Shown here in pieces: positions 23,281 to 24,616 of a stretch of DNA of 24,616 bases. This DNA is from a bacterium. Lineage in GTDB: Bacteria > Krumholzibacteriota > Krumholzibacteriia > LZORAL124-64-63. The notes beneath the pieces were generated by a model. That model saw nothing but the letters and a program-made list of their open reading frames with translations, was not told the origin of the DNA and did not search any database. Within the stretch, counting starts at the first letter, position 1; each line of letters opens with the position of its first letter. The translations under genes were made by a program, and so were the position numbers. The DNA lies in assembly GCA_031441465.1 (NCBI GenBank), contig JANOEP010000031.1, positions 1-24,616 of the forward strand. Reading direction: 5' to 3'.

Positions 23281-23338
23281 ATAGTCGTCGAGCGCCCGCT
23301 GTGGCGCGATCGTCACCCAACCCCTGGGATGCGAGGAC

Positions 23339-24421
23339 ATGATGCACAGATCCGGTCTGGCCGGTACACGGGACCTGGGGCGCGCCGCGTTCGCGCTCGT
23401 GGCGGCGATGATGCTCGCACCAGGCGGCGCTTCGGCCGCCAAGTACGCCGGATCCTTCATGGAAGACGGCGGCGGAGCCCGCGCCCTGGGCATGGGTGGC
23501 GCCTTCACGGCCGTGGCCGACGACCCGTCGGCCGCCTTCTGGAATCCCGCCGGGCTCAGCGGCCTGGAGGGCTGCGGCCTGCTGGTCATGCACGCGGAGC
23601 AGTTCGGAGACCTCGTGGACCGCGACTACGCGGCCTACGCACGCCCCGTCGACTGGTCGTTGCTGGGCGGGACGGACGCCGGGTTCGCGATCTCGGCGAT
23701 CCGCCTCGGCGTCGACGACATCCAACTGACGTCCCATCTCCAGGACCAACTCGACACCAACCATGACGGCACGGTGTCGGACACGGAACTCGCGGGTCTG
23801 TTCAACCTGCGCGACCAGTTCCGCTACGTCAGCGACTCCGAGCTGGCGCTGTTCGCCTCCTACGCCGAACGGCACGGGAACTGGCTGCTGGGCGGCACGG
23901 TGAAGTTCGTGCGCCAGAGCGTGGCCGGCTACTCGAGCCTGGGATTGGGCACCGATCTCGGGGTGCTGCGTCGCGGGGTATGGCGTGGGTTGGACTTCGG
24001 TCTGAAGCTCCAGGACATCACCACGACCTTCCTCTCCTGGTCGGGTCCCGGAGACTACGCTGGCACGACCGAGGTCATCACCCCGGCGATCGTGCCGGCA
24101 GCGGCCTACCGCTTCCCGCTGGAGCGCTGGCGAGCCGAACTGACCGTGGCCGCGAGCGCCGAGTCGCGCTTCGATAACCGCGGCGACGCCGACCAGTACG
24201 CGTCGGGCGCCTTCAGCACCAACCTCCACACCGGCGCCGAGCTGGCGCTCGACCGGCGCGTCTTCCTGCGCACCGGGTTCAGCGGAGGCTGGGGGACCGA
24301 GCATCTGACGGCCGGCGCCGGCTTCAGGCTGGCGGCGCTGACGGTCGACTATGCTTACGCGGGGGATACGCTCGGGAACGACGAAGAAACCCACCGAGTC
24401 AGCATCACCGCCCATTTCTAA
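23339..24421 (+). CDS. PorV/UPF0164-like outer-membrane beta-barrel protein (FadL-fold family)
   Basis: Signal peptide (…GGASA|AKY), then KYAGSFM..GGGARALGMGGAFTAVADDPSAAFWNPAGL, amphipathic beta strands, G.G.DLG, VDYAY and a terminal Phe (HRVSITAHF). ATG 23342 is an alternative start. Confidence 0.8.
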   Translation: MMHRSGLAGTRDLGRAAFALVAAMMLAPGGASAAKYAGSFMEDGGGARALGMGGAFTAVADDPSAAFWNPAGLSGLEGCGLLVMHAEQFGDLVDRDYAAYARPVDWSLLGGTDAGFAISAIRLGVDDIQLTSHLQDQLDTNHDGTVSDTELAGLFNLRDQFRYVSDSELALFASYAERHGNWLLGGTVKFVRQSVAGYSSLGLGTDLGVLRRGVWRGLDFGLKLQDITTTFLSWSGPGDYAGTTEVITPAIVPAAAYRFPLERWRAELTVAASAESRFDNRGDADQYASGAFSTNLHTGAELALDRRVFLRTGFSGGWGTEHLTAGAGFRLAALTVDYAYAGDTLGNDEETHRVSITAHF

Positions 24422-24443
24422 AGTTGTGCCGTCGAGATTGTGT

Positions 24444-24481
24444 CCGGCCGCGCCACAGGTTGGCGCGGCCGGCTTTCGTTT
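24444..24481 (+). terminator. Intrinsic (Rho-independent) terminator
   Basis: A perfect 12-bp stem CCGGCCGCGCCA / TGGCGCGGCCGG with a 5-nt loop (CAGGT), followed by CTTTCGTTT, 22 nt after the stop codon. Confidence 0.8.
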
Positions 24482-24616
24482 CATCCTCTCACATCGCGTA
24501 GCTCAGCTCATGCCGCCGCTGCCGCGGCAACACCCGCGTGCTGACCGTACGCCAGTAGTATTCGGCCCAACGCGCCGGTAACGTGCTTCGGCTCAAGAAC
24601 AACCGCCGCTCCAGCA

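Noticed and set aside
977..23589. Many long antisense or alternative-frame ORFs (e.g. 977-3745, 8073-10088, 16109-18286, 16141-18465, 21616-23589)
   Set aside because: They are shadow ORFs expected in high-GC DNA with strong GC3 bias. They overlap clearly recognisable genes and show no family motifs.
24418..24445. CTAAAGTT resembling a sigma-28 -35 element
   Set aside because: There is no GCCGATAA-like -10 at the right distance, and it runs straight into the terminator.
24496..24508. GCGTAGCTCAGCT resembling a tRNA 5'/D-arm segment
   Set aside because: No D-loop GG, T-arm GTTC or acceptor-stem pairing follows, so no cloverleaf can be formed.
24489..24616. Possible 3' end of a convergent minus-strand gene
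   Set aside because: Two minus frames are open (…RHELSYAM* and …GVAAAAAA*), and neither has a recognisable motif or convincing codon bias. The stretch is too short to call.

Overview
High-GC bacterial DNA. About 21 kb is one tightly packed, co-directional (+ strand) flagellar basal-body/hook/export cluster: flgB'(partial)-flgC-fliEFGHIJ-ylxF/motE-like-fliK-flgD-flgE-fliLMNOPQR-flhB-flhA-flhF-like-orf108-fliA-orf104-orf174. It is followed by a sigma-54 enhancer-binding protein with a pseudo-receiver domain, a PorV/UPF0164-like outer-membrane beta-barrel and an intrinsic terminator. The gene order resembles the Bacillus fla/che and spirochaete/deltaproteobacterial clusters, but the flanking genes suggest a diderm, possibly FCB-superphylum, host (inference). 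Non-canonical points seen in the sequence: (1) four near-consensus sigma-54 -24/-12 motifs, two hidden inside fliJ and flhB and built from rare codons; (2) FliA with a 65-aa C-terminal extension; (3) FlhF with degenerate GTPase motifs and no flhG, with a small membrane protein in that slot; (4) a 699-aa FlgE with a tandem duplicated ~142-aa insert; (5) coordinated divergence of C-ring interface motifs (FliG EHPQ, FliM GGxG, FliM CheY-binding peptide), with no motAB or che genes in the window; (6) an EF-hand loop inside the PorV-like barrel. All family calls come from motif recognition by eye. No database search was run.
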